A stretch of 64,000 nt of DNA from an uncultured virus (IMG/VR IMGVR_UViG_3300002231_000542) (lineage: Duplodnaviria; Heunggongvirae; Uroviricota; Caudoviricetes). This document shows, piece by piece, positions 1 through 9,291 of the stretch. The position numbers were made by a program, and so were the translations under genes. Location of the stretch: IMG/VR virus record IMGVR_UViG_3300002231_000542, positions 1-64,000 of that record; one strand, written 5' to 3'. The notes beneath the pieces are model-generated. The model was not told the origin of the DNA, made no database searches, and saw only the letters and a program-made list of their open reading frames with translations. Numbering within the stretch: position 1 is the first letter of the stretch; each line of letters starts with the position of its first letter.

Positions 1-1969
1 CCTCTACCTTACAGAGGACACTATTACCCTTCTGCGTAGACGAAAACCCTAGCCCACTGAGTTGGTTATCTGATCTTGTTGTCTTCAATTTAGACCCTAG
101 TACTTCAAACACCTTCCTATACTCACGTAAATCTTCATTTAGGAACTCATTAAAGAATCCTCTAGCTGGTCCATTATTAGTACACCCTTCCAGCATGAAG
201 AAGTAGTGCTTATTACCTGTTTCCTCACCATCCCAGTGATTTGGTGAATTCATAACTACTGATACCTTCTGGAAATTATTAGTATTTAATCCCCACACTT
301 CTTTGGAAGCTGAAGTAGACGGTAGCGACTTTAAGAACTTTAAACCATCTATCTTAGAGAAGTCAAACGTAGCGACAGCTACGCTCTTATTGTTCGCTAC
401 AGCTTTCTCGTAGTGGAAGTTGTGAATAACTCCGTCATACTCAATTTCTACCTCAAACCCAACATCAGTAGTCTCTCGCTTGTTATAATTCTTGACAAAT
501 ACCTCATAAGTACCTTCAAGCATATCTGCCTTATTTGTCCATACTATATTCTCTACTGGTGTACGTGAATTTCTAGCACCCGCATTCATATCAACATCTA
601 ACTGACCTGTCGTCCAGCTACCCTTATTATTGAAGTAAATATGAGCTCCACCCGCAGGTTCGTACACGTGGATGTCTAGATCATCATAATTATACCATGC
701 TAAAGAAATCCTAAGGACACCCTCTACTTTACCTCCGGCGCTCTTTACCCTTTCCTTAATAGAATCAGTCACTTCTCCTTTATACGCCCATGAGAAGTTA
801 TTCTTCCATTTCAGTATGTTGGGAGCATCTGGGTATTCAGGAGCAACTAAGCTCACCATATGATTACTATGTCTGTTCTCTAGTAGCACCTCTAGCGACT
901 CAGCTTTAGGTAAAATATCACTGATAAAAGTATTAATATCAACTTCATCTACTTTATCAAGCTTCTTGATGTCCACCTGAACCTCTGCCTTCATCTCATC
1001 AAAGACATTCATAGCCTTTTTAGCAGTCCTGTTAGCATGAAGAATGTTGTTAATAGTAATATCCTCTAATACAGCATACCGTCTCTGTAGAGAATCAGCT
1101 ATACCCAACTCTTCCACCTTCTCCTCAGCTTTAGCAATCATACCTTTAGTTATGAGAGCTGTTGGTCTCTTATAGTTAGTAGGAGCTACTTTAGATTCAA
1201 ACATCTTAACAGCGTCATCTAACTCCACCTCACTAGAGATGTCTACAAGAAGAGTACCGATTACTGTATTCCTGATTCCTGGAGTAGTTGAGTTCTTCCA
1301 ACAGAAATTATTCCTCTCCTCATCAGTTTCCAGAGTATCATACTCTATCTTAGCTTTTATAAAGCCTTCAACAAAACTTTTATGCTCAGCTCCTCTGTAA
1401 AGAGAGTTTTGCTCGATCAGCTCTACAACAGTATCAGCGGCTTCAAGAGATATTTCCTCTAGACCTCTCTTCAGCACATCCTTGTTACTACTACGTCGTG
1501 ATAATATACCCCCTATGTCTGCACCTCTTCTAGTAAACTCTGAAGGTAGCTCAAAATAAAAATGACTGTACGTCACTACATCGTCACCCTTACTTAATGC
1601 ATGACTAACGTCTGTACCTAGCTTCTTCTCCGTATGTAAGAAGATACTACTAATAGGTTGAGACTTTACTAGGTCAGCCATAGTATCAACAACTTCTTGA
1701 TAGAAGTTGTCTACTTCTATATCCCAGATAGAAACTAATTTGTTATTAACAATAGAAACCACATTACCACATGATCTAATGAACTGTTTACAGCAACTAC
1801 AATCATGCTCAGTGTTCTCTTTGTAAATTGGATTAGTTCCTTCAGGGAAGCTTTTAAGATATATATCCCACATATCATCCTTGCTTACTCCTGTTCTGTA
1901 TAAGCCTGACTTAGACATTACACTAAACTGCTTACTAATTGCTTCTTTGAGTACAATAAATTCACTCAT
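1..1969 (-). CDS. Large phage protein (>650 aa, runs off the left edge) with an N-terminal HDCSCC motif and a YfaP/DUF2135-like segment
   Basis: Not in the ORF track because it has no stop in the window. Manual translation from ATG 1969 (RBS GGAGGAG): MSEFIVLKEAISKQF...EHDCSCCKQFIR...LRISLAWYNYDDLDIHVYEP...LDVDMNAG...PVENIVW, open to base 1. Confidence 0.8.
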   Translation of the reverse strand, partial: MSEFIVLKEAISKQFSVMSKSGLYRTGVSKDDMWDIYLKSFPEGTNPIYKENTEHDCSCCKQFIRSCGNVVSIVNNKLVSIWDIEVDNFYQEVVDTMADLVKSQPISSIFLHTEKKLGTDVSHALSKGDDVVTYSHFYFELPSEFTRRGADIGGILSRRSSNKDVLKRGLEEISLEAADTVVELIEQNSLYRGAEHKSFVEGFIKAKIEYDTLETDEERNNFCWKNSTTPGIRNTVIGTLLVDISSEVELDDAVKMFESKVAPTNYKRPTALITKGMIAKAEEKVEELGIADSLQRRYAVLEDITINNILHANRTAKKAMNVFDEMKAEVQVDIKKLDKVDEVDINTFISDILPKAESLEVLLENRHSNHMVSLVAPEYPDAPNILKWKNNFSWAYKGEVTDSIKERVKSAGGKVEGVLRISLAWYNYDDLDIHVYEPAGGAHIYFNNKGSWTTGQLDVDMNAGARNSRTPVENIVWTNKADMLEGTYEVFVKNYNKRETTDVGFEVEIEYDGVIHNFHYEKAVANNKSVAVATFDFSKIDGLKFLKSLPSTSASKEVWGLNTNNFQKVSVVMNSPNHWDGEETGNKHYFFMLEGCTNNGPARGFFNEFLNEDLREYRKVFEVLGSKLKTTRSDNQLSGLGFSSTQKGNSVLCKVE

Positions 1970-2169
1970 AACTACTCCTCCTCTATTATTTACTATTACA
2001 TTATTACTAAATTTAGTACCTCAGACCGTCGAAAATGGCTTTTCAGCCATTTTTATTACATAAGGCATACTGTACTATACCTTATACAATAAAAATGGTT
2101 AAAATGGTGTTTCTAGTAATTCTGCCTCTGACGGGATCATAGTCCACGCGCTTAAAACAACTCACCATA

Positions 2170-2770
2170 TCATTTACCCTCTTTCTTCAAAGTAAATCTG
2201 CCTGTTATAGAGTTGAACATACCAGTAGCTTCTACAGTGACATCTTCTACTACTACGTCACCATATAACTTAGAAGTTACCTTTAATTATAGAAGTACCT
2301 TTAATTACTACGTTTCCGAAGGCTTTAGCTTTATCACACATAACACCCTCGTCCTGTAGAGTTGCACTGCCTCCTATAACGGTATTATCAGTCATCATAC
2401 CTCTACCAGTCACTAAAGAATCTCCTTTAGCTTTAGCATTCTTCTCTAATAGACCTGATTCTTCTATTAGAGCATTCCCGCAAGCTTTGGCGTTGTCCTT
2501 TAGGACTCCACCGAGCACGTTCTTATCAGTACTTCCCCACACAGTAGCGTTACCAGATACTCTGGAGTTATCCATAACTACTCCTCCAGGATATATCCAA
2601 CAATTACCCTTCTGTGAGAGGTTGTGCTCCCCAGAGACACAGCCTCCATCATCGCCTGTACATACATCTGCAAACGACTTGAGAGCTACTATCCTAAGTA
2701 CTACCTTACCTTCATGTTTAAAGCTTTGTCTAGTAACTTTATATTTTAACTCAGCTTTTTTTCTGAACAT
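2170..2770 (-). CDS. Phage hexapeptide-repeat (left-handed beta-helix-like) protein; one apparent frameshift near 2272
   Basis: RIVALKSFADVCTGDDGG...NLSQKGNCWI followed by xxNAxV/xxxAxA hexapeptides. Removing one T at GNF* extends the frame to ...TLKKEGK* at 2170. Confidence 0.65.
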
Positions 2771-2800
2771 AAGTTATTCTCCTTTAATTAGATGATTCAC

Positions 2801-3571
2801 TTAGACCACGTTACCCTCTTCATCATATNGGTATTCCGCACACTCTATNNAATCCTNCACTTCTTCATAGCTAGTGAGGTNGTTATACTCCTGTTCTAGT
2901 ANATCAGCTAGAAAATCCTCAGCCTCTTCAACAAATGAAATAAACTGAGTCTCTATGTCATCTACAGTCAACGTACTTAGGTGTTCATCCCCTCTCTTTA
3001 TTATAAATTTAGGAATACAACTACGCCCATAACTGTCCGTAGCAGTTTCCTCAAACTCAGTCGAGTCTAAAAAACCTCCTTGATTAGTAATATATAATGA
3101 ATTACTAATCTGTTCATAAACTTCATCTGGGAGTTTGTAAACATCTAAGTGCGTATTGACCCTCAGGTAGTCAAAGAATATATCTTGATTCTCCAATAGG
3201 GCTCCTGTAAACCCAACACTCCATGGACTACTTTCGTATTCTATCTCATCATATATTATACCATATCTATCAGAGATGACTTCATGGAAGTAATCTCTTT
3301 CGTTTCCCCAGTCGTAGTCTACATTGATATAAATATTCTCTTCAACTACCCTCTTCTGAACATCCTCGCGTAGTTCCCTAAACAAGAACGTAGGTACAGG
3401 AATTGGAGGCAGCTCAAAGAGCGTACCTTGTTGATGTTCATTATCTATCTCTGGTTCTGTCTCTTCAACTTCTTCAGTATCTATGTACTCCATAAAATTT
3501 GCTCCTTTAGCTTTAGCATTCTTCTCAGAAATAATTAACTCTTCTAAAGCCTCAACGTGCTCCTTTCTCAA
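2801..3571 (-). CDS. Acidic hypothetical protein with C-terminal EY.YLTS.E.V...YDEEG motif
   Basis: 256-aa ORF; this C-terminal motif recurs in phage/ICE proteins. Function unknown. Confidence 0.6.
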   Translation of the reverse strand: MRKEHVEALEELIISEKNAKAKGANFMEYIDTEEVEETEPEIDNEHQQGTLFELPPIPVPTFLFRELREDVQKRVVEENIYINVDYDWGNERDYFHEVISDRYGIIYDEIEYESSPWSVGFTGALLENQDIFFDYLRVNTHLDVYKLPDEVYEQISNSLYITNQGGFLDSTEFEETATDSYGRSCIPKFIIKRGDEHLSTLTVDDIETQFISFVEEAEDFLADXLEQEYNXLTSYEEVXDXIECAEYXYDEEGNVV

Positions 3572-3932
3572 TTAATATACTGTCAGCTTCTATTAGCCTA
3601 ACGAGTAACTTGAGACTAGCTCCTTTAGCTAGCTCTACCTTCTCTTTGATCTTAACGATCTCGAGTTTATGAGTTAGGTCTATAAGACCTAACTCTAGGT
3701 CTTTATAGACTTTATCCTCAGCTATGGCTGCCTCAATAGCCTTTATTGTTGGGGCTTTACTATTAGCTTCCTGAAGCTCTAAGAACTTCACGGTGTACAA
3801 CTCAGCTTTCTTCTGGTCAGCAACGAAGTTTGCTGACGCTAAATTATATATTGCCGCTGCTGTGTCATTCAATGCCACAGCAAGGTTATCTGGGTGCTCT
3901 TCGATATCTTTTAATAGTTCTTCTCTAGTCAT
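3552..3932 (-). CDS. Helical protein, possible UvsY-like paralog
   Basis: 126 aa, RBS AGGAGAG. KAPTIKAIEAAI resembles RPTVKEIESET in 24692..25180. Confidence 0.5.
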   Translation of the reverse strand: MTREELLKDIEEHPDNLAVALNDTAAAIYNLASANFVADQKKAELYTVKFLELQEANSKAPTIKAIEAAIAEDKVYKDLELGLIDLTHKLEIVKIKEKVELAKGASLKLLVRLIEADSILIEKGAR

Positions 3933-3946
3933 GATTACTCTCCTTT

Positions 3947-4852
3947 TTAGTTAGTACTTCGTTTAATATTGATAATTTGCACGTCTGAGTATTTCTTAAC
4001 TCTCACGTTATTATGAACTGAGACAATATCATCTAAATTTATCTCAGCAGATATGATAACTCCTTCTCGTCTTTTTAAAGACGAAACTGCGTACCAGTAA
4101 CTACCAAAGTGGAAGCCCTCTCCACAATTAACAGACTGGTCTCTAAGTACGTCCAAGCTACCAGACGAACCCACAGAATACATATGTTTCCCTGTATAAA
4201 AATCTGTTAGGTCTTTTCTAACTGCTTTATAGAATACTCCTTTATTATTATTATTTAGAACAACACCAGTTTGCAGAAGAATATTTAGTGCTGTAAATGC
4301 GTCTTTTCCGAACGCATCAAAATTATGACCTATTTCAGAATTAGAACCTACCTTAGAATTAGAACCTACCTTAAAATTAGAACCTATTTTAGAATTATAA
4401 CCTATTTCAGAATTATAACCTATTTTAGAATTATGACCTATTTTAGAATTATNACCTATTTTAGAATTATGACCTATTTTAGAATCATAGCCTATTTCAG
4501 AATTATGACCTATTTTAGAATTAGAACCTATTTCAGAATTAGAACCTATTTCAGAATCATGACCTATTTCAGAATTATAACCTATTTCAGAATTATGACC
4601 TATTTCAGAATTATAACCTATTCTAGAATCAGAACCTATTTCAGAATTATAACCTATTCTAGAATCAGAACCTATTTCAGAATTAGAACCTATTTTAGAA
4701 TTAGAACCTATTTCAGAATTAGAACCTAGTGTAATACTTCTTTTACTAAGTTCAGGTAACAACTCTTCTTGTGATCCTTCAAACAACTTCCAGTCTTGCG
4801 TCGAATTGCACCAAAGTTTAATTTTCAATATTTTCAATATTTTCTTAGCCAT
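3947..4852 (-). CDS. Hexapeptide-repeat (LbH-like) protein with a C-terminal phage domain (YKAVRKD...CGEGFH)
   Basis: About 22 tandem (S/Y/H)(N/D)S(E/K/R)IG units. RBS AGGAGAGG before ATG 4852. Confidence 0.75.
   Translation of the reverse strand: MAKKILKILKIKLWCNSTQDWKLFEGSQEELLPELSKRSITLGSNSEIGSNSKIGSNSEIGSDSRIGYNSEIGSDSRIGYNSEIGHNSEIGYNSEIGHDSEIGSNSEIGSNSKIGHNSEIGYDSKIGHNSKIGXNSKIGHNSKIGYNSEIGYNSKIGSNFKVGSNSKVGSNSEIGHNFDAFGKDAFTALNILLQTGVVLNNNNKGVFYKAVRKDLTDFYTGKHMYSVGSSGSLDVLRDQSVNCGEGFHFGSYWYAVSSLKRREGVIISAEINLDDIVSVHNNVRVKKYSDVQIINIKRSTN
4322..4728. repeat. 18-bp coding tandem repeat, ~22 copies
   Basis: Unit GAACCTATTTCAGAATTA with variants, head-to-tail with no spacers. Confidence 0.95.
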
Positions 4853-4912
4853 TATTCCTCTCCTTGTAAGTAACATTCACGCTCTAAACAATCAGCGTGT
4901 CTGAGACAGTTA

Positions 4913-5128
4913 TCATACGAGCACACTGTAGCGCGTAGTGACTTCTTTACATACTCTTTTATCATAAGAACAGACCAAACTATTATCAATGAGTCTACTC
5001 TTCGTTAAACGACTAGCTATGTAGAGAGGTGGTGTTGTTTCTATCCTCCCAACTCTATAGGCTTTTCGCCTATTCTTAGTAGTCATCCCCCACTCTACCA
5101 CCACTTTTATTTCTTTCTGCTCAATCAT
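4913..5128 (-). CDS. Hypothetical protein
   Basis: 71-aa ORF in line with neighbours. Confidence 0.4.
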   Translation of the reverse strand: MIEQKEIKVVVEWGMTTKNRRKAYRVGRIETTPPLYIASRLTKSRLIDNSLVCSYDKRVCKEVTTRYSVLV

Positions 5129-5133
5129 TTCTT

Positions 5134-5886
5134 TTATTTCTCCTGTTCTCTATGTAGTTTTGAATCACCTTCTTCTTGCCTCACTCTTTCTATATACTCA
5201 TATGTTCCTGGAAACTGGCAGGGGCATTCGCCCTCATCAGCTTCCATATGAATTCCACACACTTCACAAATCGCATCCTCGTAAGCCTCTTCTTGTTCTT
5301 CATCAGTACGAGTAATGCAGTTTATAAAAGTGCTATGCATCTCATCTAACATGTTAGATAAGATGATTAGATCACATAGAGAGAGCTGCTCTAAGTCTTC
5401 AGTGTAATCCTGTATCCTCATGAAGATACTACCTGTTAGAGCAGTTACGTTGAACTTATGCGTATCAGCCGCACCTCTGAGGGTGATGTTTTTATGGACT
5501 TTATTGTAATAAAAACCTCTGATGTAGTAACTCTCACTCTCATCAGTTTCCCTGAATTCTCGCTCAATTTCCTCTATTACAACATGACAATAGTCTACTA
5601 AAGTAGAATGCCATACTGACTGTAGGGTCTCTAAAGACATTGGTTCAGCTACCCCGAAGTATCTCTTGATCTCAGGGTGTTGCTGAGTCCAGTCAGAATG
5701 TCTAATATCGGTAAGATGCCATCCTTTTCTTTTCCTAGTGAATGTGAAGTCTACTTTAGCAAACTTACTCTCACTATCTTCGTAGGGTAACTGTACTATT
5801 ACATGTCCTGACTTATTCTTGTTTATACCATCTAAACAAGCCACTGTGTTCAAATCAAAATTTATCTTTTCATTGACACCATTCAT
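5134..5886 (-). CDS. Hypothetical protein with C-terminal CxxC...CxC
   Basis: 250 aa, RBS AAGGAGA, directly behind a promoter repeat. Confidence 0.65.
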   Translation of the reverse strand: MNGVNEKINFDLNTVACLDGINKNKSGHVIVQLPYEDSESKFAKVDFTFTRKRKGWHLTDIRHSDWTQQHPEIKRYFGVAEPMSLETLQSVWHSTLVDYCHVVIEEIEREFRETDESESYYIRGFYYNKVHKNITLRGAADTHKFNVTALTGSIFMRIQDYTEDLEQLSLCDLIILSNMLDEMHSTFINCITRTDEEQEEAYEDAICEVCGIHMEADEGECPCQFPGTYEYIERVRQEEGDSKLHREQEK

Positions 5887-5973
5887 GATGTCTCCTTTTT
5901 AATAAAGTTATTAAATACTTAACTAATATAAACACTTTAGCATAATTAAAAATAAATAGCAAGCTTTATTTTA
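5881..5973 (-). repeat. 93-bp direct repeat copy 1 (promoter TTGCTA-17-TAAAGT + RBS + ATG)
   Basis: Matches 12616..12708 with one mismatch. Confidence 0.9.
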
Positions 5974-6136
5974 AATACTGCTATTTATTTTATTAAATTA
6001 CATTACAGGCACGTAAAGGGGTCATTTATGGCTTTAAATTTATAGGTATAGCGTAGTATAGGTTTAACTAAAAAAGTGAAAATTTTAGCTATTACCATTG
6101 CCATAATAATATATTGAGGTACTTCCCTCACATATA

Positions 6137-6168
6137 AAAACAGGGCTCTATTTATAGAGCCCTGTTTT
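6137..6168. terminator. Intrinsic terminator-like hairpin closing the Ubl operon
   Basis: AAAACAGGGCTCTA-TTTA-TAGAGCCCTGTTTT perfect stem with A/T tails on both sides. Confidence 0.7.
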
Positions 6169-6301
6169 GAGTAGCTGTATGTTACTGGAACGTAGAAAGT
6201 CAGTAGGAGACACACCTCCTACTGCTTGATAGTACTACCCTGCATATTATATAATAGAGGGCGTGCGAACATATAGAACACCCCTCTCAAAACAGTTAAT
6301 C

Positions 6302-6655
6302 CTAGCAATCACCACTCAGCGCTGCTATTACATCATTAAGGAAACAGACGATTCCCGCTTTCTCGTTAATACCCTCACCCCAATCTATGAGGTTTCTCAC
6401 TCTCTTAAGAGATGCGATACTAACTTGATGATCTGTTGCAACAGTGTCATTATCTCTTGCCCCATCTTCACAGGTGCACTCTGTTTCAGCATCCCATACA
6501 TCCTCTACTTCTTCTACTGCTTCTTCCACTGCTTCTTCCACAACTTCTATAACACGTCTTTTGAGCCTGCTAACAATACCCTCAACTTCAACTCGTATTG
6601 CACCTTCGATCTCATCATTGAGATTCACTTCCTGCTCTGTCGTAAATACTGGCAT
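6302..6655 (-). CDS. Acidic hypothetical protein, last gene behind the Ubl operon
   Basis: 117 aa, RBS AAGGAGGAG, VEEA repeats. Confidence 0.65.
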   Translation of the reverse strand: MPVFTTEQEVNLNDEIEGAIRVEVEGIVSRLKRRVIEVVEEAVEEAVEEVEDVWDAETECTCEDGARDNDTVATDHQVSIASLKRVRNLIDWGEGINEKAGIVCFLNDVIAALSGDC

Positions 6656-6698
6656 TTTACTCCTCCTTTAGGTTATTACTTCGTTAGTAAAATTACTT

Positions 6699-8186
6699 CT
6701 AAGCTTGTAATACTATGTAGTTGTTCTCATCTAATACGAACTGATCGTTTGGATCAGCATCTAATGCAGGGTCATTAATCCCCACTAGACTCTCAGATGG
6801 AATTTCCTCTATTACTTCTTGGGGCAGGTATGGTATAGTTAACCCGTCGTATGGGTACTCTCTCCGTGGCTCGCCCTCAAGTCTAAACTCACTCAATAAA
6901 CCGCCTAACTGGTCTCCTGGAGTTGCGTTCTCTAAGAATTGGACAATTATATTAGCTAACGAGACGTAGTCTCGTTGCGCCATTACGTCCGTAAACAAGT
7001 CCGCATTCTGACCGTAACAAGGGTCTCCCCCAGACCACACATGAGGTGCTTGCTGTCCTGTTAGTCTGTCAGTCATGTTATAAAACTTGTTACCTTCAGG
7101 AAAATCACTATCATCTACTGTTATGTAGAAGCGTCCAATGTTGTACACTTCGTCATCACCAATGTAACTACATTTTATGTCATTGGTGAAGAAACCCAGT
7201 TTCCCCTTGTTATCTATGATAACCTTTCTGATCTGGGGTAATCTATTGATGGTTGCAAAGTCTTTTTTATACTTCTCACCATTTACGTCTCTATCTAATC
7301 TCTGTATAATATGCTGAGCCTCTAGATACTTTCGCTTCTCTTTTGTAAGAGCTAACTCCAGCTCTTTACATCTCTGTTCAGATAAAGATGCCTCAGCCGT
7401 GTACCGCTCTAACAACTTATTCGAGTTACCTAAACATTTATCTATAAAAAGTTGCTCACAATCAACTTCTTGTTCTTCAAATTTATCCTCTAACACAGCA
7501 TTAAGTATCATCTCAAACACTTTGTTAGATTGTTCTAATGTAAACACATCAGAGTTGAATACATTAAACAAAATGTATAGGTGGTTCCCTTCAATGAGTT
7601 CTGCTAGTACTACTCCACTCTGAGGGTCTTTAAAGACCCTGCCATACTGTGTAGGACTGATTGTCAGCAGGTTAGTCTTGATACCTGCTATTTCTTTAGG
7701 TTGTCTATCATACTCTGGTAAGGGTATAGCAACATCACAGTTCCTGATGTAGAACATACCCGCGTTTCGTCCCAACTGCCCAGATTCTTTCCTGGTACCT
7801 TCATTTAAAATAACATTCTTACACAACTTCTGCGTAAAAGCATGAAGTGTGTTTAGAAGAACATTCTTTTGATGAAATGCAGAAAATATCTTACCGTCAC
7901 TAGTGTCCCAATGGGGCACATAGCATTTATATTTGAACTCTTGCTCTTCTGCAACCTCTTCGACTACTTCTCTAAGCTCTACATGTATCACGCCTGCCTG
8001 AGTAGAGCCCTCTACTTCAACAATATTTACAGCTTTAGAATCTATAGCACTCAAAAGTGACTCTTTACTGACTAGTCCTCTACAGGCCCCATTGCTGGTA
8101 AACCTCTGTAGTATAGCAAGTACTTCAGGAGCATTATCTAACTTCCCAAAGTCACTATGTCCTACTGAATACACAACAGACATCAC
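6699..8186 (-). CDS. Coiled-coil protein with a C-terminal prokaryotic E2-like (ubiquitin-conjugating) domain
   Basis: Central heptad region (SEQRCKELELALTKEKRKYLEAQ), then QAPHVWSGGDPCYGQ...DYVSLANIIVQFLE. This matches the E2 (H)PH/N-x(5-7)-C-L/Y-G signature plus following helices. Adjacent to Ubl, E1 and JAB genes. Confidence 0.65.
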   Translation of the reverse strand: MMSVVYSVGHSDFGKLDNAPEVLAILQRFTSNGACRGLVSKESLLSAIDSKAVNIVEVEGSTQAGVIHVELREVVEEVAEEQEFKYKCYVPHWDTSDGKIFSAFHQKNVLLNTLHAFTQKLCKNVILNEGTRKESGQLGRNAGMFYIRNCDVAIPLPEYDRQPKEIAGIKTNLLTISPTQYGRVFKDPQSGVVLAELIEGNHLYILFNVFNSDVFTLEQSNKVFEMILNAVLEDKFEEQEVDCEQLFIDKCLGNSNKLLERYTAEASLSEQRCKELELALTKEKRKYLEAQHIIQRLDRDVNGEKYKKDFATINRLPQIRKVIIDNKGKLGFFTNDIKCSYIGDDEVYNIGRFYITVDDSDFPEGNKFYNMTDRLTGQQAPHVWSGGDPCYGQNADLFTDVMAQRDYVSLANIIVQFLENATPGDQLGGLLSEFRLEGEPRREYPYDGLTIPYLPQEVIEEIPSESLVGINDPALDADPNDQFVLDENNYIVLQA

Positions 8187-8213
8187 ATTTCTCCTTTTAA
8201 TATGTTTTATTAT

Positions 8214-8255
8214 AGTCAGGAGGGTTACTAATCGTGGGATTTAGCCCTCCTGACT
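8214..8255. terminator. GC-rich hairpin between the Ubl and E2-like genes
   Basis: AGTCAGGAGGG...CCCTCCTGACT, an 11-bp perfect inverted repeat. Confidence 0.55.
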
Positions 8256-8265
8256 CACCTACGTA

Positions 8266-8505
8266 TTACTGCCCAGAGTCGCTTGGCTTTAGGCACATGA
8301 TCTGCTCACCAGAGTTAACTCTACTACTGATAGGAACTGTGCGTCCATCAATAGTTATGTTGAACTGACTCCAGTCAACCTTGGTATCCATAAAGTTATT
8401 GTCTACCTGATCTAGCGCGTCCTGAACTGTTGCTCCAGCTAATAGGCTCACTCTATGAGTGAAAGCTCCAGGCTTCAGCACCTCTACTATTATATTGCTA
8501 CTCAT
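8266..8505 (-). CDS. Ubiquitin-like (beta-grasp) protein
   Basis: 79 aa with beta-grasp pattern: IIVEVL / RVSL / ATVQDAL helix / ITIDG / SRVNSGEQIMCL. C-terminus is ...DSGQ. RBS AGGAGG. Confidence 0.8.
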   Translation of the reverse strand: MSSNIIVEVLKPGAFTHRVSLLAGATVQDALDQVDNNFMDTKVDWSQFNITIDGRTVPISSRVNSGEQIMCLKPSDSGQ

Positions 8506-8550
8506 AATTACTACCTCCTATTTTGATTAATTAATCGTTAATAAAATATC

Positions 8551-9261
8551 CTAATATTTATACGTCCAAATATTAGGAGAACCTAGATCATAGATTAGTA
8601 TATCTTCTGGAAGAATATCCCACTCCCCTTCCATCTTATAATACATAACCCATTTCATGAAAAAATTGATCATCCAAAACTTAGCAAAGGTGGCTGTGTT
8701 ACTTATCATCACCTTACTACTGCACAGAGCCATCTCTGTAGCTGACTCTGCTTCCTCGTCGGAATAAGTGGCTGTATCCTTCCAACTCGCCACCGCACGA
8801 GGATTACATGGGTTAATAGAGTAAACTCTACCTTCCATAGTAGATAACCTCTGCTCTATTACTAACTTGACTTTTATGTTGTTAGTACAAGCATCTACGA
8901 CAGCGTGTCTTGATGACATACTGTCTGTACATATGAATACAATGCCTGAAAACTTAGTATTCTCATCTACTTCGCAGTCATGAGGTATAGCCTTCATCTC
9001 AGCTTGCCTCTCTACTTCTAGTACTAACGCCTCTACCTTCTTCATTCCTACGTGCTCCCGGCAGTATTCTTGGTTATCAAGATTGTGTCCTTCGACTCTA
9101 TCCATATCATATAGATGTATAGTCTCAACACCCATCTTCGCCACCTCCAGTGCTACTTTTGAACCCACAGCACCACATCCGACGACATGAACATGTAGTC
9201 CTTCTTTGTTGAATTCGTTCATGCTAATGAACTTATACTGCCTAGCGTGACTTAATGCCAT
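8551..9261 (-). CDS. E1-like ThiF-family adenylyltransferase
   Basis: VVGCGAVGS nucleotide-binding loop, YDMDRVEGHNLDNQ, VGMKKVEAL, ICTDS..SR. Candidate thioester Cys in EMALCSSK; no Zn CxxC pairs. Confidence 0.9.
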   Translation of the reverse strand: MALSHARQYKFISMNEFNKEGLHVHVVGCGAVGSKVALEVAKMGVETIHLYDMDRVEGHNLDNQEYCREHVGMKKVEALVLEVERQAEMKAIPHDCEVDENTKFSGIVFICTDSMSSRHAVVDACTNNIKVKLVIEQRLSTMEGRVYSINPCNPRAVASWKDTATYSDEEAESATEMALCSSKVMISNTATFAKFWMINFFMKWVMYYKMEGEWDILPEDILIYDLGSPNIWTYKY

Positions 9262-9291
9262 TTGAACACCCCTTTTACTCTTTTTTATTTA

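Noticed and set aside
4322..4729. CRISPR array, or the + strand 134-aa TYFRI-repeat ORF
   Set aside because: The repeats are contiguous 18-mers without unique spacers and encode the minus-strand hexapeptide protein. The + ORF is its shadow.
6003..6215. 70-aa minus-strand ORF
   Set aside because: It spans a terminator hairpin and dyad element and has no convincing protein features; probably non-coding.
8266..9261. ThiF/ThiS or MoeB/MoaD cofactor biosynthesis, or a microcin-type maturase
   Set aside because: No thiamine, molybdopterin or sulfur-relay genes, no GG end, and JAB plus E2-like genes flank the pair.
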